Positions 51,344-62,309 of a stretch of DNA of 64,000 nt are shown piece by piece. The DNA is from Thermodesulfobacteriota bacterium (GTDB lineage Bacteria > Desulfobacterota_D > UBA1144 > Nemesobacterales > Mycalebacteriaceae): assembly GCA_965205855.1 (NCBI GenBank), contig OZ242184.1:128001-192000 (forward strand). Reading direction: 5' to 3'. Every line of letters begins with the position of its first letter. Within the stretch, counting starts at the first letter, position 1. The translations under genes and the position numbers were made by a program. Under the pieces are notes generated by a model. The model was given only the letters and a program-made list of their open reading frames with translations, was not told the DNA's origin and ran no database searches.

Positions 51344-52410
51344 AACTCTTCGCGCGCACACTTCCCCCGGTTCACGGCGGGCTTGACCATGAAGAGGTTG
51401 GTCTTATGGGGCTCAATCCCCACGAGGTGGTTGATTTTTCAAATAACCTTAATCCGTTTTTCCCGTCTTCCGAGTTGCTCAAAGGCGCGTGCGCCGGAGC
51501 GGAGACATATCCGGACGCGCGATACTTTGAACTCCGGCGCACAATTGCCGCTGCGCACCGCACTCGGCCGGAATGCGTTTTCACGGGCAACGGAGTGTCC
51601 GAGATAGTTCATCTTTTATGCCGCTGTCTTCCTTCCTCCGCATCGGTTTTGATACCGGTTCCGACATTTTCCGAGTATGAAAGGTCGGCGGCGATTTGCG
51701 GTCTACAGACAATTTTACGCAAGCCCGGCGGAGACGGTCTGCGTTTTGACACCGACGCCATTGCGGAGGAAATCAAAAACCTGAATCCCGACCTTGTTTT
51801 CCTCTGTAATCCGAACAACCCGACGGGTCTTTACCTTTCGCGCTCCGAAGTTGAGACGGTAGTCCGCGCGGCGCGCGGTGCGGTTCTGGTAATTGATGAA
51901 TCCTATGCGGACTTTGTACGCGAGCCGTGGGACTCGACTTTTCTCACCGCACGTCCGAATGTTGTGATACTCCGCTCGGTCGCGAAGTTCTACGGGCTTG
52001 CCGGCGTCAGGATGGGGTATGCGGTTTCAAGCCCGGAAATAGTTTCGGCTTTAAACGGTGCCCGTCCGCCGTGGAATGTAAATTCAGTCGCCTGCTCCGC
52101 CGCGCGCGCGGTTTTTTCTCTTCGTTCGTCGGTCCGTGAAGAAAGCAAATCGCGGCTTTTTGCCGCAAGAGACCGTCTCGTTGATGATATTGGGAAAATC
52201 GGAAAAAAATGCCTTCCGACCGATACGGGTTTTTTTCTCGTCAGGGTTGGAGACGCGAGTTCGGTCAGAACACGGCTTCTGAAGAAAGGCGTTGCCGTGC
52301 GCGACTGTTCGTCTTTCGGACTTCCCTCTTATATACGGCTCGGCGCGCGCCCGCGGAGCGATTGCGAAAAACTTGTGGAAAAATGGGCGGAGCTGGACGG
52401 TGAGGGCTAA
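51340..52410 (+). CDS. cobD: threonine-phosphate decarboxylase (CobD/CobC-like PLP enzyme)
   Basis: HGG, DFSNNLNP, GNGVSE, CNPNNPTG, DESYADF, RSVAKFYGLAGVRMGY, VRDCSSF; cob gene context. Confidence 0.82.
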   Translation: MKLFARTLPPVHGGLDHEEVGLMGLNPHEVVDFSNNLNPFFPSSELLKGACAGAETYPDARYFELRRTIAAAHRTRPECVFTGNGVSEIVHLLCRCLPSSASVLIPVPTFSEYERSAAICGLQTILRKPGGDGLRFDTDAIAEEIKNLNPDLVFLCNPNNPTGLYLSRSEVETVVRAARGAVLVIDESYADFVREPWDSTFLTARPNVVILRSVAKFYGLAGVRMGYAVSSPEIVSALNGARPPWNVNSVACSAARAVFSLRSSVREESKSRLFAARDRLVDDIGKIGKKCLPTDTGFFLVRVGDASSVRTRLLKKGVAVRDCSSFGLPSYIRLGARPRSDCEKLVEKWAELDGEG

Positions 52411-53902
52411 AACTCTCATGGTTCAAGGCACCGCATCTCATGCGGGCAAGAGCGTTATAACCGCTGGACTGTGCAGGATTTTTGCCCGCAGTGGGGTGTC
52501 GGTTTCCCCTTTCAAATCTCAAAATATGAGTCTCAACTCCTTTGTTACAAAAGACGGCGCCGAGATTGGAAGGGCGCAGGCAATGCAAGCGCAGGCGGCG
52601 GGTGTGGCTCCGCTTGGGGACATGAATCCGATACTTCTCAAGCCCCTGACCGACGATGGGTCGCAGGTGATGGTTCTCGGCAAGCCGGTCGGCAATATGA
52701 CTTTCAGGCAGTATCTGGAGTTTCGCCCGACCGCTCTTGAGGCGGTTCGCTCCAGTCTTGACCGTCTGATGAAAAAGTTTGATGTGGTTGTGATTGAAGG
52801 TGCGGGTGGCACGGCGGAAATCAATTTTTCCCGCAACGAGATAGTCAACATGACGGTCGCAAAACTCGCGGACGCCCCGGTTTTGCTTGTTGGAGACATA
52901 GACAGGGGCGGCGTTTTCGCCTCTCTTGTGGGAACTTTTGAGTTGCTGGAGCGGGAGGAAAAAGACCGCATAAAGGGAATGGTGATAAACAAGTTCCGCG
53001 GGGACGCATCTTTGCTTGGGAAAGGGATTGGAATTCTTGAGGAAAAAACCGGAAAACCGGTTCTGGGCGTTGTTCCTTATATGGAGTCTCTGCTTGTTGA
53101 CGATGAAGATTCAGTTTCCCTTGAAATGCGGGCGCGGAAGTGTTCAAAGGGAAATTTGAAGGTGTGCGTTCCGAGATTTCCTCGTATATCAAATTTTACG
53201 GATTTGAGGCCGCTTGAAATGGAGGCCGGAGTGTCCGTTGTGTATGCGGAAAAACCCGCCGATTTTTCGGACGCGGACGCGGTTGTGATACCGGGAACCA
53301 AAGCGACAATTGCCGATTTGCGTTTTTTCAAAAAAAGCGGCGCGGCGGAGGCGGTGGCAAGAATGTGCGGGGACGGAGCTCCGGTGATTGGAATATGTGG
53401 AGGTTATCAAATGCTGGGGTCAAATCTTTCAGACCCTTGCGGTTTTGAATCAGACCGAAGCGCGGAGACGGGGCTTGGAATTTTCTCCGCCTCAACTGAG
53501 ATAAAAGAGGAAAAAACCCTCAAACAAGCGGTTGCGAGGGTAGAAAACGGCGGAGAGGTTTTCTCGGATATTGAGGGGGAGGAAGTAACCGGATATGAGA
53601 TTCACATGGGGCGTACGGAGTCTGCGGGCGGGGTCAGGTCTTTTTTTCAAAAACCGGACGGGTCTTGCGATGGAGCGGTGAGTGAAAAGGGCAATGTTTA
53701 CGGCACATATCTTCACGGGATTTTTGAGAATGACAATTTAAGGGGGGCGTTTTTGAGGTATCTGCGCGCAAGAAAGGGAATCGTGCAAAAACCTTCGGGA
53801 AGTTTTGAGCTGGAAAGAGAGAGACAATATGACAGAATCGCGGACTGTTTGGAGGAGAGCTTGGACATGGACGCGGTGATGAGTATTGTTGATAATAGAT
53901 GA
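52400..53902 (+). CDS. cobQ: cobyric acid synthase
   Basis: MVQGTASHAGKS, PFKSQNMSLNS, EIGRAQ, DIDRGGVFA, ISNFTD, GICGGYQMLG, GYEIH, GTYLHG. GTG start. Confidence 0.96.
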   Translation: MRAKTLMVQGTASHAGKSVITAGLCRIFARSGVSVSPFKSQNMSLNSFVTKDGAEIGRAQAMQAQAAGVAPLGDMNPILLKPLTDDGSQVMVLGKPVGNMTFRQYLEFRPTALEAVRSSLDRLMKKFDVVVIEGAGGTAEINFSRNEIVNMTVAKLADAPVLLVGDIDRGGVFASLVGTFELLEREEKDRIKGMVINKFRGDASLLGKGIGILEEKTGKPVLGVVPYMESLLVDDEDSVSLEMRARKCSKGNLKVCVPRFPRISNFTDLRPLEMEAGVSVVYAEKPADFSDADAVVIPGTKATIADLRFFKKSGAAEAVARMCGDGAPVIGICGGYQMLGSNLSDPCGFESDRSAETGLGIFSASTEIKEEKTLKQAVARVENGGEVFSDIEGEEVTGYEIHMGRTESAGGVRSFFQKPDGSCDGAVSEKGNVYGTYLHGIFENDNLRGAFLRYLRARKGIVQKPSGSFELERERQYDRIADCLEESLDMDAVMSIVDNR

Positions 53903-54001
53903 ATGCTTTCCTAATTTATTTGATACTCACCGGAGGAGAATTTTCTTAAAAGATTTTTTATCTTATGTTCCTACTGATTGTTTTTAAATAAGATGTGCTC
54001 A

Positions 54002-55054
54002 ATGCAGACAACCCGTAAAATTCCCATAACCGTAATAACCGGCTTTCTTGGATCCGGAAAAACAACCATTGTCCGCAATCTTCTAGAACAGGCGGCCGGC
54101 CGGCGGATAACTGTTATTGTCAATGAATTCGGAGATGTGGGGATTGACGGGGAAATCATCCGTTCTTCCTGCGGTTGCGAAGAAGGCAAAATTGTTGAGT
54201 TGAGCAACGGATGTCTTTGTTGCACGGTTCAGGAAGAATTTCTGCCGACCATGAGAAAACTCGTTGAGAGAAAAAAGGATATTGATCACATTGTGATAGA
54301 GACTTCCGGGCTCGCGTTGCCCAAACCCCTTGTCCGCGCCGTTAACTGGCCTGATTTAAAGCCCCATTTTTCCGTTGACTCGGTTATTGCCGTTGTTGAC
54401 GCGGACGGCATCGCGACAGGGGAAATATGCGACAGAAAGAGGGTTCAATCCCAGCGCGAAGCGGATGATTCACTTGACCACGAAACACCGATAGAGGAGT
54501 TGTTTACAGACCAGGTTTCCTGCGCGGATATGGTTGTTTTGAACAAGTCCGACCTTGTAAGTCAGAGAAAACTCAGAGAAATCGGGGATGTTTTAAAAGC
54601 GGAAATGAAAAAAGGCGCGGCGGTTGTTCCCGCTCAAATGGGGGAAGTGTCCGCAGAAGTTCTGCTCGGAGTCGGCGCTGCCGCCGAAGATGATCTGGAC
54701 TCAAGACACTCCGCCCATGAGGAGCAACACGAAAACGGAGTTGACCATGAACATGACGAGGAAATTGATTCCGTTGTAGTAGAAATAAAGTCCGAATTAT
54801 CGCCGCAAGACCTTGTTGCGGCGTTGAGGCAAACCGTTCGGGAATATGAAATCTACAGAATAAAAGGTTTTATGAAGGTTGCGGACAAGCCGATGAGAAT
54901 GCTTATTCAGGGAGTCGGAGAGAGGTTTGACTGGTATTTTGATAGATCGTGGGGTGAAAATGAAACCGCGGCGACGCGACTGGTTTTTATTGGAAGAAAC
55001 CTCTCGCATTTGAATCTTGGCGTTATTGTGGAAAAAAACCTCTCACGTATTTAA
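54002..55054 (+). CDS. cobW: cobalamin biosynthesis GTPase CobW
   Basis: TGFLGSGKTT, NEFGDVGIDG, GCLCCTVQEEF, ETSGLALPKPL, SLDHETPIEELF, His-rich patch. Confidence 0.93.
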   Translation: MQTTRKIPITVITGFLGSGKTTIVRNLLEQAAGRRITVIVNEFGDVGIDGEIIRSSCGCEEGKIVELSNGCLCCTVQEEFLPTMRKLVERKKDIDHIVIETSGLALPKPLVRAVNWPDLKPHFSVDSVIAVVDADGIATGEICDRKRVQSQREADDSLDHETPIEELFTDQVSCADMVVLNKSDLVSQRKLREIGDVLKAEMKKGAAVVPAQMGEVSAEVLLGVGAAAEDDLDSRHSAHEEQHENGVDHEHDEEIDSVVVEIKSELSPQDLVAALRQTVREYEIYRIKGFMKVADKPMRMLIQGVGERFDWYFDRSWGENETAATRLVFIGRNLSHLNLGVIVEKNLSRI

Positions 55055-55084
55055 TTTTATTTTTGGTTTTGTGCCTTTGAAGAA

Positions 55085-58000
55085 ATGCATCTTATAGCGA
55101 CCATACCGGGAGGATGGAATCCGGCGGATGACGGCGGGATTTTTTCCATAGATCAGACTCCGGGTGACATTGTTTTTCTGTCCGCCGCGGACACTGATAT
55201 TTTTTGTCTTAATTCCGCGTATTTAAAACTTTCCCGTAGCGCGAAAATTCCCTCGCTACGTATGGCGAACCTGTCGTATCTGAAGCGCGAACTTTCGGTT
55301 GACAATTATATTGACGGCGTTGTAAGTTCCGCCCGCCTTGTTGTCGCGAGGATGCTGGGAGGAAAAAATTACCATCCTTATGTTTGTGACGCCCTTACGA
55401 GCGAGTGTGCAAAAAATAAAATTCCGCTGATTTTTCTTCCCGGAGACGATAGTCCCGATATTGACCTTATGTCCATGTCATCGGCTCCGGCGGATATTGT
55501 CCTGAGCGCGCTGAACTATTTTTCTCTCGGCGGAGAGAAAAATTACGGGAATTTTCTAAAATTGGTTTTTAACAGTTTTTTTGGTTTTGACTTTTCCGTC
55601 CTTCCGGCGGAAAAAATGCCGGATATTTTTTCAGAAGATATTTCCACCGACGCTTCCGGTAAAACTGTTAAAACCAAAACTGCGGCAATTGTGGCATACA
55701 GAAGCCTCAGTCTTTCCGGCAATGTTTCGCCCGTTAAGATGCTCGCGGAAAAACTCGCCACACGCGGTTTTAGCACAAGGGCGATTTTTGTGAAAAGCCT
55801 GAGGGAGTGTGAAGATATTATCGGTCTGTTGGAATTTCTTTCGCACGGCGCGTTTGATTTAATTTTCAACACTACAAGCTTTGCCCTTAAAAGTGGGTCG
55901 GACGGGAAAGATTTTATTTTTGAAAAAATAGGGATTCCGGTGTTTCAGGCCGTTTTTGCTTCCTGCTCGGAAGAAATATGGAGAGAAAACCTTTTCGGTC
56001 TTTCCCCCACCGACATAGCCATAAACATATCTCTTCCGGAAATGGACGGAAAAATTGACGCTGGCCCGGTTTCATTTAAAAGCGCGACCGGAAAAGACCC
56101 CTGCACGGATTCGGAAATAGTAAGGTATTCCCCGCACGAAAAAGGATGCGAACGCGCGGCTCTTCTGGGCGACCGGTGGCTCAATCTTGCCCGGAAGAAA
56201 AACCCGGACAAACAAATCGCGCTGATAATGCCCAACTATCCCTCGCGTGACGGTAGGCTCGCAAACGGAGTGGGGCTTGACACTCCGCAGAGCTGTGTCC
56301 GTATCCTCAAGAGTCTCGCCGCCGGGGGTTATGAACTTGGAGAGAGTTTTCCGGACTTCGGAGCGGAGCTTATGGAACTCCTTTCACAAAGGATTACAAA
56401 CGACCCGGATTTTATGGACACAAGGGATTTTGAGATTTTTCTTCCGCTTGATGAATTTACGGATAACTACGGACAGCTTTCTGAAAATATGCGCAAACGT
56501 ATTGAGAAGCAGTGGGGAAGCCCGGAAAACGACCCGCACATCAGGGATGGCGGTTTCCCGTTGCCGGGAGTTTTATTCGGCAATGTGTTTGTTTCAATAC
56601 AGCCGGAGCGGGGATACGGGCAGGACGCGAAAGCGGTTTACCATTCGCCCGATATTCCGCCGCCTTTCCGTTATCTGGCTTTCTATTTCTGGCTTTCAAG
56701 CCATTTTCAGGCAGATGCCGTCATACATCTCGGCAAACACGGCAATCTTGAGTGGCTGCCGGGCAAAAGCGTCGCCCTTGACCCGCAAACATGTTTTCCC
56801 GAGGCGTTGCTTCCTCCAGTTCCTCACTTCTATCCGTTCATTATAAACGACCCCGGCGAAGGCTCGCAGGCGAAAAGGCGTTCTCACGCCGTGATTATAG
56901 ACCATCTTGTTCCGCCGATGGCGCGCGCAGAGTCTTACGGCGACTATCTGAGGCTTGAGCAACTTATGGATGAATACTATCAGGCGCTCGGGCTTGACCC
57001 GCCAAGGGCGGAATTTCTCAAAAATGAGATATCTCAAGTTGTCACGAAGACACATCTTTATAAAGACCTCGCTTGTGCGCGGGAGGATGTGGACGGGATT
57101 CTAACGCATTTGGACGCTTACCTTTGCGAGATTAAGGAATCTCAGATACGCGGCGGACTTCATATTTTGGGCCAATGTCCTGAGGGTGAGAGACTTGCCG
57201 AAACCGTGGTTGCTCTTCACAGGATTCCCTCCGGTGGACTTCCCGGAATAACACAGTCCCTTGCCAAAGATATGGGGCTTGGGTTTGATCCTCTCAACTG
57301 TGATTACGGCGCGGAGCTGAATGTTGCTGTCTGCGGGAAAGAATACAGAACCGCGGGCGCGGCCGTTGGAGAGCTTGAGGAAATTGCAAAACAAAATGTG
57401 CGACTCGCCATTGAAAATTCTTCGGTGAAACATATTGATGCGGAGCGGTTTCCGGGTTTTCTTTCCGTTATTCGCGCTGCGGTTTCAACTACTTTTCCCA
57501 GCCTGGTCTTATGCTCAAATGAGATTCAAAACCTGCTTGGCGGTCTGGAAGGGCGTTATGTTCCGTCTGGTCCTTCGGGGGCGCCGACAAGAGGAAAACC
57601 GGACATTCTTCCCACGGGCAGAAACTTTCACTCGCTGGATACAAGAGGGTTGCCGACACGGGCGGCGTATCTGCTTGGAACCAAAAGCGCCTCCGCACTT
57701 TTGGAGAGGTATCTTCAGGAAAACGGTGTTTATCCCAGTGCGGTCGGTATTTCCGTCTGGGGCACTTCGACGATGCGCACGGGCGGGGACGACATTGCTC
57801 AGGCGTTTGTGCTTCTCGGTTTGCGTCCTATGTGGCGTGGCGAAAGCGGCAGGGTTGCGGATTTTGAAGTTCTCTCGCTTGCCGAATTAAAAAGACCGAG
57901 AGTGGATGTTGTTCTCAGAATTTCCGGCTTCTTCAGGGACGCGTTTCCGGAACTGATTTCGCTTTTTAACGCAGCAGTTGAAAAGGTGGCTCAAATGGAT

Positions 58001-58816
58001 GACGAGCCTGCGGAACTCAATCCCGTGAGAAGCCGCTACTTGGGTGAAAAAGCGGAGTGGATAAAAGAGGGAATTGACGGGCAAACCGCCCATGAGCGCT
58101 CTCTCTACAGGGTTTTCGGCTCAAAACCCGGTTCCTACGGCGCGGGGTTGCAGGGTGCTGTTGATTCAAAGAATTGGAGTAATTCCGACGACCTTGCCCT
58201 CATATACCTGAACTGGAGCGGCTACGCATATGGAAAGTCCGGCCCCAAGTCCGCTCACGAAACCTACCGCCGCCGGCTTGCTTGTATGGATGTTGTTATC
58301 CAGAATCAAGACAATCGGGAGCATGATATTCTGGATTCCGATGACTACTACCAGTTCCACGGTGGTATGGCCAATGCGGCGCATGCGGAAAAAGGCGTTA
58401 TGCCCGCGCTCTATTTCGGCGACAACTCAAAACCCGAAAATCCGAAAGTGAGAACCCTGAAGGAGGAAATTCTCAGGGTTTACCGTTCCCGCGTGGTCAA
58501 TCCCAAGTGGATTGAAGGCATGAGGGCTCACGGATACAAAGGGGCTTTTGAGATGGCCGCTACAGTGGACTATATCTTCGGTTATGACGCGACAACGGGA
58601 GTTGTTGATGATTTCATTTACGAAGGCGTGGCGCAGGCTTATCTTTTTGACTCGGGTAATTTTGAATTTTTAAAACAAAACAACCCGCGCGCGGCGGTGG
58701 AAATGGCGGAAAGGATGCTTGAGGCCGCGCAGCGCGGCATGTGGAAAAGCCCGGACGCGCAAACCCTTGACAAACTGAGCACCGTTTTCACAGAAGCCGA
58801 GGCGCAAACAGAGTAA
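55085..58816 (+). CDS. cobN: cobaltochelatase subunit CobN
   Basis: LSAADTD, ANGVGLDTP, HLGKHGNLEWLPGK, PSGAPTRG..LPTGRNF, EHDILDSDDYYQFHGG. Confidence 0.96.
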   Translation: MHLIATIPGGWNPADDGGIFSIDQTPGDIVFLSAADTDIFCLNSAYLKLSRSAKIPSLRMANLSYLKRELSVDNYIDGVVSSARLVVARMLGGKNYHPYVCDALTSECAKNKIPLIFLPGDDSPDIDLMSMSSAPADIVLSALNYFSLGGEKNYGNFLKLVFNSFFGFDFSVLPAEKMPDIFSEDISTDASGKTVKTKTAAIVAYRSLSLSGNVSPVKMLAEKLATRGFSTRAIFVKSLRECEDIIGLLEFLSHGAFDLIFNTTSFALKSGSDGKDFIFEKIGIPVFQAVFASCSEEIWRENLFGLSPTDIAINISLPEMDGKIDAGPVSFKSATGKDPCTDSEIVRYSPHEKGCERAALLGDRWLNLARKKNPDKQIALIMPNYPSRDGRLANGVGLDTPQSCVRILKSLAAGGYELGESFPDFGAELMELLSQRITNDPDFMDTRDFEIFLPLDEFTDNYGQLSENMRKRIEKQWGSPENDPHIRDGGFPLPGVLFGNVFVSIQPERGYGQDAKAVYHSPDIPPPFRYLAFYFWLSSHFQADAVIHLGKHGNLEWLPGKSVALDPQTCFPEALLPPVPHFYPFIINDPGEGSQAKRRSHAVIIDHLVPPMARAESYGDYLRLEQLMDEYYQALGLDPPRAEFLKNEISQVVTKTHLYKDLACAREDVDGILTHLDAYLCEIKESQIRGGLHILGQCPEGERLAETVVALHRIPSGGLPGITQSLAKDMGLGFDPLNCDYGAELNVAVCGKEYRTAGAAVGELEEIAKQNVRLAIENSSVKHIDAERFPGFLSVIRAAVSTTFPSLVLCSNEIQNLLGGLEGRYVPSGPSGAPTRGKPDILPTGRNFHSLDTRGLPTRAAYLLGTKSASALLERYLQENGVYPSAVGISVWGTSTMRTGGDDIAQAFVLLGLRPMWRGESGRVADFEVLSLAELKRPRVDVVLRISGFFRDAFPELISLFNAAVEKVAQMDDEPAELNPVRSRYLGEKAEWIKEGIDGQTAHERSLYRVFGSKPGSYGAGLQGAVDSKNWSNSDDLALIYLNWSGYAYGKSGPKSAHETYRRRLACMDVVIQNQDNREHDILDSDDYYQFHGGMANAAHAEKGVMPALYFGDNSKPENPKVRTLKEEILRVYRSRVVNPKWIEGMRAHGYKGAFEMAATVDYIFGYDATTGVVDDFIYEGVAQAYLFDSGNFEFLKQNNPRAAVEMAERMLEAAQRGMWKSPDAQTLDKLSTVFTEAEAQTE

Positions 58817-58908
58817 GAATCCGGACATTGTCCGTAATGACATCCGTACGACTGGTGTTTTTTTTTTTTTGAAACTGTTGGCATATCCGCCGCCTTTCCA
58901 AAGCGGAG

Positions 58909-59826
58909 TCAGCCCGAATTTACAAACCGCCATGTTTTTGCGATTCCCTCATTAAGGTTCACTTCGGGATTCCAGCCGAAAGTTTTCCGGGCATGAGAGT
59001 TGTCGAGTGCTATTCTGCTTATATCGTCATTTTTTCTGGCGGTTTTTTTGATTTTTACCTTTTTCCCGGAAACCGCCGATAGACCGGCGATAATTTCATT
59101 AACGGAAGTTTCATTTCCGGTGGAAATGTTGAAAAAACCTCCCGGTTTTTCAATGCACAGTGCGTTTGCGCGTGCGACATCGGAGCAATGAACATAGTCC
59201 CTTGTCTGGTTCCCGTCTCCAAATATGGTTGTTTCCCGGTTTGTTTTTTGATTTCCGCATAAAATTGCCACAATTCCGTTTTTCCTTTCCGTATCCTGCC
59301 TCTCTCCGTAAACATTTGAGTAACGCAGGGATGTGAACTCCACTCCCCGTCGTGATTTAAAAAACCGCAAGTAGTTCTCAACGCACAATTTGGCCATGCC
59401 GTAAGGGGATTGGGGATGTTTTGCGCTCCGTTCGTCCACGGGCGGATTTCGTACATCTCCGTACACGGCTCCCGTTGAGGCAAAAACGAATCTTTTTACC
59501 CCGTGCTCGGAGCAAAGCGCAAGCAGATTCAGTGAACCAAGTATGTTGATTTCTGCATCATGAGCGGGGTCTTCCGCGGATATACGCACATCCGCCTGCG
59601 CCGCATGGTGGTTTACCAAATCCGGTTTGAAGGACGAGAATATTCCGTCCGCCGCCTTTGTGTTTCTTATATCGCATCTTTCAAGCTCCGCGGCGGGTGG
59701 AATGTTTTCTTCCTTACCCGTTGACAAATTGTCCATGATGAGAACTTTGTGCCCGAATTTTATAAGTTCGCGGGAAATATGAGAGCCGATAAATCCGGCA
59801 CCGCCGGTGAGTAATATTTTCATCAA
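58909..59826 (-). CDS. NAD-dependent epimerase/dehydratase (UDP-glucose 4-epimerase-like)
   Basis: TGGAGFIGSH, DNLSTG, HHAAQ, YGMAK, RYSNVYG, GDGNQTRDYVH. Confidence 0.92.
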   Translation of the reverse strand: MMKILLTGGAGFIGSHISRELIKFGHKVLIMDNLSTGKEENIPPAAELERCDIRNTKAADGIFSSFKPDLVNHHAAQADVRISAEDPAHDAEINILGSLNLLALCSEHGVKRFVFASTGAVYGDVRNPPVDERSAKHPQSPYGMAKLCVENYLRFFKSRRGVEFTSLRYSNVYGERQDTERKNGIVAILCGNQKTNRETTIFGDGNQTRDYVHCSDVARANALCIEKPGGFFNISTGNETSVNEIIAGLSAVSGKKVKIKKTARKNDDISRIALDNSHARKTFGWNPEVNLNEGIAKTWRFVNSG

Positions 59827-59938
59827 AGTATTTATGATAGCGGTTTTTTATTCTTGTCTTGAGTTTTTTTAATAATAAGGCGCGAAAGTGTTTTGTCTCC
59901 AGGTCTTTGGTTTTTTATTTCATATCATGATCGGATAT

Positions 59939-60023
59939 TGCCGAAGGGGGGACTCGAACCCCCACGGGCTTGTCGCCCACTGGATCCTGAATCCAGCGCG
60001 TCTGCCAATTCCGCCACTTCGGC
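59939..60023 (-). tRNA. tRNA-Leu(CAG)
   Basis: GCCGAAGTGGCGGAATTGGCAGACGCGCTGGATTCAGGATCCAG..GGTTCGAGTCCCCCCTTCGGCA; long variable arm; CCA not encoded. Confidence 0.96.
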
Positions 60024-60222
60024 TGAAAGCCTCACACCAAAGCACCTATTGTAACACGCAAAGACGGTTTTTTTTCCGCATTGAAAAAATCCTTTCTTGA
60101 CAACAAGTTTCCGGTGATTATCTTTACCGTCGGTTTTGGGGTGAAATGGTTCGCATTTGCTTTTGCATATGCGGTATACACTCCACTAAAAAGAAAATAT
60201 ATCTTTAGGAGGATAAGCGATA

Positions 60223-60522
60223 ATGGCTGCAAAGACAAACTTCAGGCCGCTTCACGACAAAGTACTTATAAGACGGTTGGAAGGAATGGATAAAACCGAG
60301 GGCGGTATCATCATACCCGACACCGCTCAGGAACAGTCTCAGGAAGGTAAGGTTGTTGCCGTTGGCAATGGCACTGTAGATGAGGATGGCAAAGTCAGAA
60401 AACTTGATGTCAAGCCGGGAGATGTAGTTCTCTTCAGTAAATACGGCGGAACTGATATTAACATAGAAGGCAAAAGCCATGTTGTTATGAAAGAGGAAGA
60501 GATACTTGCCATTGTCGGTTAA
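60223..60522 (+). CDS. groES: co-chaperonin GroES
   Basis: RPLHDKVL, GGIIIPDTA, VAVGNG, FSKYGG. Confidence 0.98.
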   Translation: MAAKTNFRPLHDKVLIRRLEGMDKTEGGIIIPDTAQEQSQEGKVVAVGNGTVDEDGKVRKLDVKPGDVVLFSKYGGTDINIEGKSHVVMKEEEILAIVG

Positions 60523-60553
60523 ACTCCGGTTCCGCAGGTAATCTCGCAATTAA

Positions 60554-62215
<1,662 letters not shown>

Positions 62216-62238
62216 TTTCCGCTTTTTGCTGGTAATAT

Positions 62239-62277
62239 AAAAACCGGTTTTGCTTTAGGGCAACGCCGGTTTTTTTT
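62239..62277 (+). terminator. intrinsic terminator after groEL
   Basis: AAAAACCGG-TT-TTGC..GCAA-CG-CCGG followed by a T8 run. Confidence 0.75.
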
Positions 62278-62309
62278 ATGTAAAGTATGCTTTTCAAGGA
62301 GTCTATTCT

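Noticed and set aside
53903-54001. Possible cobalamin riboswitch before cobW (also sought before nrdJ and cobB)
   Set aside because: Too short and AT-rich; no GGGAA / GCCACTG B12-box elements.
58817-58908. T13 tract and short hairpins between cobN and the epimerase gene, as a phase-variation site
   Set aside because: Lies between convergent 3' ends and cannot alter a frame or promoter; more likely terminator-related.
59827-60100. tRNA-Leu as an integration site for an island
   Set aside because: No integrase or duplicated tRNA 3' end seen in the window.
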